A DNA stretch of 32,000 nucleotides from Nostoc punctiforme PCC 73102. Lineage in GTDB: Bacteria > Cyanobacteriota > Cyanobacteriia > Cyanobacteriales > Nostocaceae. The DNA lies in contig NC_010628.1 of assembly GCF_000020025.1 (NCBI RefSeq), positions 1,770,001 to 1,802,000 of the forward strand, given 5' to 3'. The notes beneath the pieces are model-generated. The model was not told where the DNA came from. It searched no databases and worked only from the letters and a program-made list of their open reading frames with translations. This document shows, in pieces, positions 7,551 through 16,787 of the stretch; within the stretch, counting starts at the first letter, position 1; each line of letters opens with the position of its first letter. The position numbers and the translations under genes are program-made.

Positions 7551-8885
7551 TTATAGTTTAAATTTAGGATATCCTATTGGTGCTTGTCTTGCTTGAGAAG
7601 ATGGCTGATGGGGATTTTTTGCTCTGCCAAAAACCCCGTCGCTCTCTAATTGTAAATGGGGAGGATCGTCTACCACATTTTGTAATGTGATTTGACGCGG
7701 CAATTCAATTTTAAACATTGAACCAATGCCCAATTTGCTCTCCAGAAAAATTTTGCCGCCCATCATTCGCACCAATGAATCTACAATTGCCAAACCCAAA
7801 CCAGTCCCTGGATATTTGCGAGTGATAGTTTGATCGACTTGGCGAAATGCTTCAAAAATACGTTTAAAATCTCTGGAAGCTATACCAATACCTGTATCCC
7901 GAACAATAATTGCCACTTGATTTGTAGGTAGTTCCTTAACCTCAACCCAAATCTCACCAGACTCTGTGAACTTAATCGCATTGGAGAGTAGGTTAGTTAA
8001 AATTTGTCTGATCCGAACAGGATCGTTAAATATAAAAGGATTTTGCAAATCGTTTTGCACTAACAACGACAGCTTTTTAGCATCAGCGAGGGAACGCATT
8101 TCACCTACAGCAAGATTTATGACCTTTGATACATCAAATATTTCCGCCTTTAAGTCTAATCGTCCTATCTCCAGCTTAGAAAAGTCCAGAACTTCATTGA
8201 GTAGCATCAGTAAATGCTTCCCATTATTCAAGATGCGCTCGACCATATCTGCTTGCTGGTTACTTAGTTGACCGAACTTAGGACGCAACAGTATTTGCGA
8301 AAAACCAATAATCGCATTCATCGGCGTTCTGAGTTCGTGGGACATAGTGGCCAAAAAATGTGATTTTAGCCGTGATGCCTCCAACAGCTTAAAGTTTTGC
8401 ATTTGAATCTGTTCTTGTTGTCTCTCCAATTCTTGGTTCTTACGAATGAGTTTTTCATGACTTTCTCTCAGCTGCTCTTCTGCCAAAGCCGCCTGCATTT
8501 CAGCCCGATAAATTCGAATCGCGCTCCGCAAAACCTGTGCCAAGTTTTCTGGGGATATTCTAGACTTAGAGAGATAGTCTGTAGCACCAGCTTTGATTAA
8601 TTGAACAGACATTTGTTCATCTCCTTGACCAGTCAAGACTACTAAAGGAACTTTAATTTCCGAAAAATGCAGCCGTTGAATCAAGGTTAATCCACCCTGG
8701 TTTGGTAAATCATAGTCGAGGAAAACACAATCATAAGCAGTACTGCTTAAGGCAGAAAACGCATCATTGCCATCGCCGACTTCAGACAGTTCCATCTGAA
8801 TACCTGCTATCGTCAGGGCTTGACGGACTACCATCCTGTCTACTTCGTCATTTTCTACAACCAAAATTTTCAGCGTCTCTTCCAT
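7551..8885 (-). CDS. Hybrid response regulator / histidine kinase (REC-coiled coil-HisKA-HATPase_c)
   Basis: It has a receiver (ILVVENDEVD, CVFLDYDLPNQGG, YLSKS) and a coiled-coil linker. The H-box is MSHELRTPMN, followed by NLLSNAIKFT, DTGIGI and GTGLGL. It lies 39 bp upstream of the next kinase on the same strand. Confidence 0.9.
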   Translation of the reverse strand: MEETLKILVVENDEVDRMVVRQALTIAGIQMELSEVGDGNDAFSALSSTAYDCVFLDYDLPNQGGLTLIQRLHFSEIKVPLVVLTGQGDEQMSVQLIKAGATDYLSKSRISPENLAQVLRSAIRIYRAEMQAALAEEQLRESHEKLIRKNQELERQQEQIQMQNFKLLEASRLKSHFLATMSHELRTPMNAIIGFSQILLRPKFGQLSNQQADMVERILNNGKHLLMLLNEVLDFSKLEIGRLDLKAEIFDVSKVINLAVGEMRSLADAKKLSLLVQNDLQNPFIFNDPVRIRQILTNLLSNAIKFTESGEIWVEVKELPTNQVAIIVRDTGIGIASRDFKRIFEAFRQVDQTITRKYPGTGLGLAIVDSLVRMMGGKIFLESKLGIGSMFKIELPRQITLQNVVDDPPHLQLESDGVFGRAKNPHQPSSQARQAPIGYPKFKL

Positions 8886-9008
8886 CGTTTTTTATTTTTG
8901 CCGCCAAACATAGGTTGATGTATAACATTTCTCTTTTGAGATTATCCAATTAAAAAAAATATAAGATTTTCGGGCATCTAAAATCTGTAACTTGATTGAC
9001 TAAGGCAT

Positions 9009-9416
9009 TTAGCATAATATCCAATACTTGTTTAGCGTTGCCGTCATCTTGACATTAGGCAAGGTGAAAGGCTTGAGGATATATCCGGCTAGATTTAAGC
9101 TGTCAGCTTTCACTCGGTGTCGATCTTGATTTGAGGTTATCATTACAATTACAGGAGTTGCTCTTAAAGCTAATTATTGGGATAATTCGCTGCCACTTAC
9201 CTTTGGCATATTCAAATCTAGGAAAAGCAAATGTTACTCGGCAGTAACTTTCGGAGGCTGTCTGTCATTGCCACACAACATTATTAGTGCCTGTAGCCCA
9301 TAACTAGTAAGGTGAATACGGTCAATAATATTAACTTTCTTTAATGCCTGTAAGACATTCATCAAATCAACTTCGTTGTCCTCCACTAGTAGTGTGTTAA
9401 TCAGTCTTTATGGCAT
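9009..9416 (-). pseudogene. Rcp/CheY-like receiver-domain gene with three in-frame TAA stops
   Basis: My own minus-strand translation gives 136 codons: MP*RLINTLLVEDNEVDLMNVLQALKK...E*HLLFLDLNMPKVSGSELSQ*LALRATPVIVMITSNQD...GYILKPF...KYW. Stops are at 9408-9410, 9234-9236 and 9174-9176. There is no frameshift, and the acidic pair, phospho-Asp, T/S and K positions are all retained. Confidence 0.75.
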
Positions 9417-10495
9417 TTACTTGCATTAAATTTAGTCTGTTGTATCCTTAATATGATTAATTTGACAGACTATTGAAATTAAACTTCTAGCAAACTACCA
9501 ATGGCTTTCAAAAAACTAGCAATTAAAAAATCGAAACCTACTGCTCTAGACACAACAGACAGAACTGATATAAAGTAAAATAAAATACTTTACTAAGCTT
9601 AAACCAATTGTAAATGAGCGATCAAGTGACCGTCGTCAGCCATTGGTGAGAGTTGCATAACATTATCCTGTACCATAAGCTTGAGCAGTTTTAACCATTG
9701 ATTTGGTTAGACCAGGTAAATAAGAAAGTACTTCCTATACCTATTTGTGAACACAAGTATTCCTACCTTCTAGAATTTCAACAATTTTCTTAACAATCGC
9801 AAACTTTCACAGTTTGGAAAATTACCAAGACCTCCTGGCAAACTTTAGGAAGAATACCAAGCCCTTCTAAGCCTTTTGGCATTAAAAAAATTACTCGCCC
9901 ACTTTGGCTGCTAAAGGGCTTAACTTTTGAGCCATAAGTCCTCCAGCATTTGGGCGCACGAGTAATTACCCTGTGCAGTTGTGGTTGAATTCCTTTTGAA
10001 ATTGCCCACCATCGAGCCTGACTTTTCACGCGATAGGGAAAAGAAGAGGCGAAACCTAAACCCCTAGCCCCCAAACCTTGTAGGGTTGGGGGAGAATTTA
10101 AAACCTCTTTTCTATAAGGAAAAAGGAATGGAAGTGAGGTTTTCCAGATCCCGTTAAAAGTCAGAACTTCGTCCATTTGAGTAAGCTTTGTTCAAAGCTT
10201 TGTACAAGATAATAGGAAATAATGAATGGAACATGGCAACTAAAAGCTGAATTCTGAACAAGGGAGAGCAATTTGGCATTTGTCTCAATATTTCATACTT
10301 TTTGTGCAAGTATCTATATATCTCCAGCTAGATATGTCCTCTATCTAAATATCAAAAAAGAGGAAATTTATTATTTCTAGCGATGGATGCAGACTGGTTA
10401 AAATATCATCTATGTTTGGTTTGGGGAAATAGCAGAAAGCGCTAACGAAAGGTAATATTTTGAAAGATGCAAACAGCATAAGAGCGAGTGTAGCG

Positions 10496-11218
10496 ATGAA
10501 TGAAATTAGCATTATTTTAATTGAAGATCATGACTTAACACGAATGGGGCTAAGAGCGGCTTTACAGTCTCACAGCGCCTTGAAAGTAATAGGCGAAGCA
10601 GCAAATGCTACTCAAGGACTAAAACTTTTGGAAACGGCAAAGCCAGATGTAGCTGTTGTAGACATCGGTTTACCTGACATGGATGGCATTGAACTCACCC
10701 GTAAATTCAAACGCCATCAAGCTGAAACTGGTCAGACGACAACGAAAATTCTGATCCTAACAATGGATCACACTGAAGACGCTGTACTTGCAGCTTTTGC
10801 AGCAGGTGCTGATTCTTATTACATGAAAGAAACAAGCATCAGTAAATTAACTGAGGCGATTCAAGCAACTCACGGCGGTAACTCTTGGATTGATCCGGCA
10901 ATTGCTAATGTGGTATTGCGGAAAATGCGCCAAGGTATTCCTGGAGAAAGCCAAAATTCTGATAAGCCGAAGACTGTAAAAATTGAGGCGCTAGCATCAG
11001 AATACGAGCAAGTTTTAGAAACATATCCCCTGACTCAACGGGAATTGGAAATCTTAGAATTGATTGTAGCTGGGTGTAGCAATGGGCAAATTGCCGAGAA
11101 ACTCTATATTACAGTTGGTACCGTAAAGACCCATGTTCGTAATATTCTAAATAAATTATGTGCTGACGATCGTACCCAAGCTGCCGTCAGGGCCTTACGT
11201 TCTGGGTTGGTAGCATAA
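10496..11218 (+). CDS. NarL/FixJ-family response regulator (REC + LuxR-type HTH)
   Basis: The receiver has ILIEDHDLTR and DVAVVDIGLPDMDG. The C-terminal part LTQRELEILELIVAGCSNGQIAEKLYITVGTVKTHVRNIL is a LuxR HTH. The track ORF starts at a TTG at 10460; the first in-frame ATG (10496) gives the canonical receiver N-terminus. Confidence 0.9.
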   Translation: MNEISIILIEDHDLTRMGLRAALQSHSALKVIGEAANATQGLKLLETAKPDVAVVDIGLPDMDGIELTRKFKRHQAETGQTTTKILILTMDHTEDAVLAAFAAGADSYYMKETSISKLTEAIQATHGGNSWIDPAIANVVLRKMRQGIPGESQNSDKPKTVKIEALASEYEQVLETYPLTQRELEILELIVAGCSNGQIAEKLYITVGTVKTHVRNILNKLCADDRTQAAVRALRSGLVA

Positions 11219-11356
11219 GGAGTGTGCTGGGTGAGGAGTGCTGTACATGGATAGCGGAGCGTTTAGCTTGTGAGGATTAGAGATTGGGAAGATAAGGGAG
11301 TCGAGGAGCCAGAAAGTGGCAGAGATGAACGAGATTAACTAATGCCCAATGCCCCT

Positions 11357-12721
11357 TCAACTCAATCGTTCCTGTAAACATTCAGCAATGCGTAGTGCGG
11401 CTCCTGGTTTGCCCATACGTCGCAGGCCATTTTCGGCAATAATTTGCAAAATATCAGGATCTTTGAATAGAGACTGGACGATCTCGGCCACTTCTGCTGG
11501 CTGCTCGACTAAAATCAAAGATGAGCCTAAATGACGGCTTTGAGCTTCAGCAAAGGCAGGGTTATATTGGGGACCATTGCCGGGAATAGCGATCGCAGGT
11601 TTCCCTAAACCGATAAACTGTTCTGTGGCTGTACCTGCCATTGCGATCGCAAAATCTCCCAAATGCAAGCAGTCATTATAGGATTGTTGAGTCAGCAAAA
11701 GATAAGCATTTCTTTGTTTAAATGTCAAGATATTTGGATCGGGAAGTTGGATAGGACATACTGATTCCGCCCGCCAGCCTTGGGATTGCACGCTTTGGGA
11801 TAAAATATTAGAGTCCAAACCAGGAGCGATCGCACCTAAAAACACCACTGTGCCAGAAGTGTAAAACACCGAATCTCGTTCCTGGAAACTTGCCATCAGC
11901 GCAGATACGGCAATCATAATTTTTTCCCAGTTGGTGTATGCCTCTGGCGGACGAGAACCAGGAAGAAGAGTCACCATTAAAGGTCTAACCGTTTCTTGCT
12001 GGTGACTGTCCCGACTATAAAATTGTTGGCGTGAAAAGGTTGGTTGCAGACCATCCATCATGGGATTACCCAAATTAAAAGCGGGAATTGGCCATTGCTT
12101 TAATGTTTCCGTCGTCAGCACATCTCTAGGGAACACCGCCTTACAACGGCGACGACTCATTAACCAACGTTCCCAAGGATGGTAAACTGAACCAGAAAAG
12201 TTTTCCCAACGCGCGTCTTTGGATTTTCGTGGTAATAATCCAGCTTCATCGCGCACATAATATTCAGATTTCGCCGTACCCACAAAAGCATAATTAGCGC
12301 CACTAAAAGTTGCAAACAACAGGGGGACAATATCTCCCACAGCTAAAATTGCTCTTTTATTACCTAATTTTTTTTGAGAACTCACCCATCGGCGGACAGC
12401 TTTAATCTGGCTGAGGGTAAGTTGCAATAAACCACCGCGTACATCTCGCGCCAACTGGCGGCCATCCATATAAATAAAGCCGCCAGAAGGCATAGTGCGG
12501 ACTGAACCGATAAGGGGGATCTCCAACTGTTGGTAAGCACGTCCTTCACCCACCAGAGGTAAAGCAAATATCTCTGGTGGGTTTGATTGTCGTTGGAGTT
12601 CTTGCAAAATCCGAACTGCAATTACATCTTCTCCATGACCATTACTTAATACAAGTAACCGTAAAGGAGAAGTTGCATCTTGGGAGTTAGAGGCTACAGA
12701 TAAGCGGGATGAATTACTCAT
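11357..12721 (-). CDS. Lipid-A-disaccharide synthase-related glycosyltransferase-like protein (TIGR03492-like)
   Basis: This ~450-aa protein starts LLVLSNGHGEDVIAVRIL and has a GT-B-like C-terminal part (MAGTATEQFIGLGKPAI). It is divergent from an Omp85 gene. The family name is recalled from cyanobacterial annotations and was not searched. The ATG at 12721 is preferred over the TTG at 12730. Confidence 0.55.
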   Translation of the reverse strand: MSNSSRLSVASNSQDATSPLRLLVLSNGHGEDVIAVRILQELQRQSNPPEIFALPLVGEGRAYQQLEIPLIGSVRTMPSGGFIYMDGRQLARDVRGGLLQLTLSQIKAVRRWVSSQKKLGNKRAILAVGDIVPLLFATFSGANYAFVGTAKSEYYVRDEAGLLPRKSKDARWENFSGSVYHPWERWLMSRRRCKAVFPRDVLTTETLKQWPIPAFNLGNPMMDGLQPTFSRQQFYSRDSHQQETVRPLMVTLLPGSRPPEAYTNWEKIMIAVSALMASFQERDSVFYTSGTVVFLGAIAPGLDSNILSQSVQSQGWRAESVCPIQLPDPNILTFKQRNAYLLLTQQSYNDCLHLGDFAIAMAGTATEQFIGLGKPAIAIPGNGPQYNPAFAEAQSRHLGSSLILVEQPAEVAEIVQSLFKDPDILQIIAENGLRRMGKPGAALRIAECLQERLS

Positions 12722-12956
12722 AAGAAACAAAATATCAAAATTAACTGTCGTTTGGGGAAGAGGTGTAAATAAGGGGAAATCGGCGAATAAGCTGGAAGTT
12801 AGTATTATCGCTATTTCTTTGCTTTCCTACAACTAACGCCAAATTCTCAAAGGATGTGTTGTTTAAAATTATTGAAAAAGCTTTTTAATCAAGTCTTTTA
12901 ATCTGAAATCTAAAATCCAAAATTGATATAACTCCCTGTTAATTAGGTTAAATATT

Positions 12957-15023
12957 ATGCGAGTTTCTGCTACTGCAATTTTTACTTTAGCTACTTTAGC
13001 TGCTGCCAATATCACTCAGCAAGCCACGGCTGCATCCGCTAAAACCGTTATTCCAACGGCAAAAGCTGGTAACTTGGTAGTGCCCATAATTGAAGACACT
13101 CCCACACGGATAGAGACAATTGCTTCCCCAGAAACCATAGTTGCACAACAATTTTCTCAAAATCCCGTCGCCGCACAAACAGGTGCAAGCAAAAATTCTC
13201 CAGTAGTCTTAAAGTCAGCACAAGAGTTAAATTCCCAAGCCATCCCCCCTGCCTCCCCCTGGCCATCTCCTAAAACCCCTGCTACTGAAAGTACTTTAGT
13301 AGTCACAGCTACAGACGTACAGGTAGTGGGAGCCAATCAAGAATTGCAAGAGATTATTCGTAAAGTCATTAAAACCCAGGTAGGAGGAGAAACCAGCCAA
13401 AGCCAGCTACAAAAAGATGTAGCTACAATTTTGGCTACAGGTTTATTTAGCAATGTCAGTGTGAATAGCTTTAGCACACAGGCTGGATTGAATGTAGTTT
13501 ATCAAGTGCAACCGATAATTGTACGGTCGCTACAATTATCTGGTGCTAAAGTCCTCACTTACCAAGTAGCCCAACAAAAGTTACAATCTCAAATTGGAAC
13601 CAGCATCAGTCCTGCTGGACTCCAGCAAGCAGTAGCACAAATTAACAAGTGGTACGCCGACAATGGTTATAACTTAGCACGGGTGTTATCAATTAAACCC
13701 AGTTCTCAAGGCATTCTGACTGTGAACGTTGCTGAAGGCTTGGTGAGTGATATCAAGTTTCGCTTTGTCAACGATGAGGGAAAAACCGTTGATAGCAAAG
13801 GCAATCCCGTCGGAGGACGCACCAAACCAGATTTTCTGCAACAGCAACTCAAGCTAAAACCTGGTCAAATCTTCCAAGAAAATGTCGTCAAGCAAGACAT
13901 CCAACAGCTATATCGCACTGGTTTATTTGAGCAGGTGAATGTTGCCTTAGAAGGAGATGCGACAAAGCTTGATTTAGTCTACCAACTTAAAGAAACTGGG
14001 GCGCGTGGTGTTAACTTGGGTGGTAGTTACAATGCAGATCAGGGTTTGGTAGGCACAATCAGCTATCAAGATCAGAATGTTGGTGGTGTTAACGATACAT
14101 TAGGTGTGAATGTTGGCGTAAGTAGCCGAGACTTGCAATTTAATAGCAAATTTATCAGTCCTTATCGAGCAACAAACCCCGATCGCTTGGGGTACACTGT
14201 GAATGGTTTTCGTAATCGGGAACTTTCGGAAACCTTTGATGACAAGATTAAGCTAGCTAACGGCGACAAAGTACGGGAAGGTCAAATTGGTGGGAGTGTC
14301 AGCTTACAGCGACCAATTGACAACTGGAATACCTCATTAGGATTAAACTATACCCGAACTAGTATTCGCGATCGCCAAGGTAATATTACCCCAACTGATG
14401 CTCAAGGCAATCCTCTCTCTGCGAGTGGAACTGGTGTTGACGACCTAACTACGGTATCCTTCACCGCCACCAAAGACCAACGAGATAATCCCCTCAACCC
14501 AACTCAAGGTTCCGTTCTGAGTTTGAGTACAGAACAATCTATACCTATAGGTCAAGGTAATATTTCTCTAAATCGCCTCAAAGCCAATTACAGCCAATAT
14601 CTACCAGTCCAGTTATTTAACACCAAACAGCCACAAGTATTTGCTGTAAACCTGCAAGCTGGTACTGTCATTGGTAATTTACCGCCTTATGAAAGCTTTA
14701 ACTTAGGTGGTTCCAACTCAGTGCGCGGTTACGATTCCGGCGATGTGGGAAGTGGTCGTAGTTATGTCTTAGCTTCTGCTGAATATCGTTTTCCAGTTTT
14801 ACCAATCGTAGGGGGTGTATTATTTGCCGACTTTGCTTCAGACTTAGGTTCAGGTGATACTGTATTAGGAGATCCTGCGGGTGTGCGAGACAAACCCGGC
14901 TATGGTTTTGGTTATGGGGCTGGAGTCCGCTTAAATTCACCACTAGGCTTAATTCGGGCTGATTATGGCATTAATGACCAAGGAGAAAGCAAAGTGCATT
15001 TAGGCATAGGTCAGCGATTTTAA
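12957..15023 (+). CDS. bamA: Omp85/BamA-family outer-membrane protein (Toc75-like)
   Basis: It has a signal peptide (MRVSATAIFTLATLAAANITQQATAASA), a Pro-rich linker and POTRA-like repeats. The C-terminal beta-barrel contains NSVRGY and ends in Phe (GIGQRF). Confidence 0.85.
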   Translation: MRVSATAIFTLATLAAANITQQATAASAKTVIPTAKAGNLVVPIIEDTPTRIETIASPETIVAQQFSQNPVAAQTGASKNSPVVLKSAQELNSQAIPPASPWPSPKTPATESTLVVTATDVQVVGANQELQEIIRKVIKTQVGGETSQSQLQKDVATILATGLFSNVSVNSFSTQAGLNVVYQVQPIIVRSLQLSGAKVLTYQVAQQKLQSQIGTSISPAGLQQAVAQINKWYADNGYNLARVLSIKPSSQGILTVNVAEGLVSDIKFRFVNDEGKTVDSKGNPVGGRTKPDFLQQQLKLKPGQIFQENVVKQDIQQLYRTGLFEQVNVALEGDATKLDLVYQLKETGARGVNLGGSYNADQGLVGTISYQDQNVGGVNDTLGVNVGVSSRDLQFNSKFISPYRATNPDRLGYTVNGFRNRELSETFDDKIKLANGDKVREGQIGGSVSLQRPIDNWNTSLGLNYTRTSIRDRQGNITPTDAQGNPLSASGTGVDDLTTVSFTATKDQRDNPLNPTQGSVLSLSTEQSIPIGQGNISLNRLKANYSQYLPVQLFNTKQPQVFAVNLQAGTVIGNLPPYESFNLGGSNSVRGYDSGDVGSGRSYVLASAEYRFPVLPIVGGVLFADFASDLGSGDTVLGDPAGVRDKPGYGFGYGAGVRLNSPLGLIRADYGINDQGESKVHLGIGQRF

Positions 15024-15039
15024 GTATCAGTCAAGTCGC

Positions 15040-15222
15040 TTCTCTACTAGACGCTACACGAACGCTCCAATTAAAAATTAAAAATTATTAATTAAGAATT
15101 GCAAGACGCTCTCTACGAGACGTTGCGCGTAGCTTGCTTCTCCGTAGGAGTATGCGGTTCGTTTATCAATTATCTCAAAACTAATGGTCTATCCCATTAG
15201 TAGGGGCAATTCATGAATTGCC
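15040..15222. repeat. Intergenic cluster of small hairpin/palindromic repeats downstream of bamA
   Basis: 15117-15148 matches 5046-5077. There is a hairpin CTAATGG-tctatc-CCATTAG at 15181-15200. A perfect 18-bp palindrome GGCAATTCATGAATTGCC lies at 15205-15222. Confidence 0.75.
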
Positions 15223-15619
15223 GTTATATTTCATAGCTTGATGCATAAGTCCTAAATTTATTTCTTGTAAATCCCTTATATAAAGCTTGCATGAACTTGA
15301 TTTTTGCTTACGCGAGCGTGTCATAAGCTTCTATTGATAAAATTTACTTATGTAATTTTGGCAAAAGTCATACCACAGAATGATTTATGGAATAACAAAA
15401 AAATGCGTTTTCATCAATTTTAATCAGCAAACAAAATATATTCAGACAAAAAATAAAGTTAATATGATGTTTATGTGACAATGTATAAGCTTTGACAAAA
15501 ACTTATATCTTCAAGATTTGGTGAAGCAGTTTATGTGATTCTACTTAAGAGATAATTGAAGAGGCAAAAAACCTACATGGGGATAGGATAATTTTTTATC
15601 CTCCTCCCTCGTAGAAAAA

Positions 15620-16714
15620 ATGAATCAAAATCCTGTAACTGCAACTAATCGCTTAGAAATAAATGCCTCACGGCAGTTCACCCCTTGGTTGTTGGAACAG
15701 AATCTTAGTCTAGCTTTCACCACATATCAAGCAGGTAAATTATTTTTCATCGGCTTGCAACAAGGCGGCAAACTATCAGTATTCGAGCGCACATTTGAAC
15801 GCTGCATGGGTTTGTATGCTTATGGCAGCAGTTTGTATATGAGTTCGCTTTATCAATTATGGCGCTTTGAAAACATCCTACAACCGGGGCAAGTTCACGA
15901 CAACTACGATGCTGTTTATTTGCCCCAGATAAGTTATGTTACAGGAGACTTAGACATTCACGATATCGCCCTGAGTAATTCCCCATTCCCAAAGGGGAAA
16001 ATTCCCAGTAGTGGCTTAAATAATTCAGAAAATTTGATATTTGTCAATACCTTATTTAGCTGTTTAGCCAAAGTTAGTCCCACCCATAGTTTCATTCCCC
16101 TGTGGCAACCGCCGTTTATTAGTAAATTGGCAGCAGAAGACAGGTGTCATTTCAACGGGTTGGCAATGCGAGATGGTCAACCCAGATATGTCACTGTTGT
16201 TAGTCAGTCAGATGCAGCAGAAGGATGGCGGGACAGACGGGCTGATGGTGGTTGCATCATTGATGTGGAGAGTAACGAGATAGTACTTAAGGGGCTTTCT
16301 ATGCCCCATTCTCCTCGGTGGTATCGAGATAAATTGTGGTTACTCAACTCTGGGACAGGGGATTTTGGCTACGTAGACTTAGAACGAGGCAGCTTTGAAC
16401 CCGTAGCTTTTTGTCCGGGATATATGCGTGGTTGTGCATTTCATGGCAACTTTGCGATCGTGGGGATTTCTCAGCCGAGACACAACAAGACTTTTAGTGG
16501 TTTACCCCTAGATGAGAAATTGCAACAAAAAAACGTCGAACCTCGATGTGGGTTGCTGGTAATTGACTTGCGGACTGGGGATATTGTGCATTCCCTGCGA
16601 ATAGAGGGAGCCGTACTGGAATTATACGACGTGGCGACACTACCTGGGGTGCGTCGTCCAATGGCGATCGGCTTTAAGAGTGATGAAATTCGACGAATGG
16701 TAACGATGGGATGA
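15620..16714 (+). CDS. Conserved hypothetical protein, TIGR03032/DUF4915-like (probable beta-propeller fold)
   Basis: A clean 364-aa ORF with motifs AFTTYQAGKLFFIG, CHFNGLAM and MPHSPRWYRDKLWLLNSGTG. I recall these as typical of the uncharacterised TIGR03032 family; this was not verified by search. Confidence 0.55.
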   Translation: MNQNPVTATNRLEINASRQFTPWLLEQNLSLAFTTYQAGKLFFIGLQQGGKLSVFERTFERCMGLYAYGSSLYMSSLYQLWRFENILQPGQVHDNYDAVYLPQISYVTGDLDIHDIALSNSPFPKGKIPSSGLNNSENLIFVNTLFSCLAKVSPTHSFIPLWQPPFISKLAAEDRCHFNGLAMRDGQPRYVTVVSQSDAAEGWRDRRADGGCIIDVESNEIVLKGLSMPHSPRWYRDKLWLLNSGTGDFGYVDLERGSFEPVAFCPGYMRGCAFHGNFAIVGISQPRHNKTFSGLPLDEKLQQKNVEPRCGLLVIDLRTGDIVHSLRIEGAVLELYDVATLPGVRRPMAIGFKSDEIRRMVTMG

Positions 16715-16787
16715 GTCTAGGGGTGAAATTTCCCGTTTTTAGACTCAAGAAACAACAAAAGCAAAATCATAAGGAGAATCAAGCATA

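Noticed and set aside
6643-8953. ORFs 6643-6903, 7966-8271, 8397-8600 and 8702-8953 on the plus strand.
   Set aside because: They are antisense to the two well-supported histidine-kinase genes and have no motifs.
9421-9470. ATTAAATTTAGTCTG / GATTAATTTGACAGAC, resembling the internal CTAAATTAAT box of the array units.
   Set aside because: These are short AT-rich matches with mismatches and without the 5' box or a terminator. They are compatible with chance.
9790-10176. 128-aa ORF on the minus strand.
   Set aside because: It has no recognisable motifs and overlaps dispersed-repeat-like sequence. AGGAATGGAAGTG(A/G)GG is also found at 3219-3234, and CCCCAACCCTACAAGGTTTGGGGGCTAGGGG is repeat-like. 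Its composition is unlike the neighbouring genes, so it is probably a spurious ORF in an intergenic region.
11349-12621. ORFs 11349-11534 (+) and 12382-12621 (-, alternative frame).
   Set aside because: They overlap the 457-aa glycosyltransferase-like gene, which has the coherent long frame.
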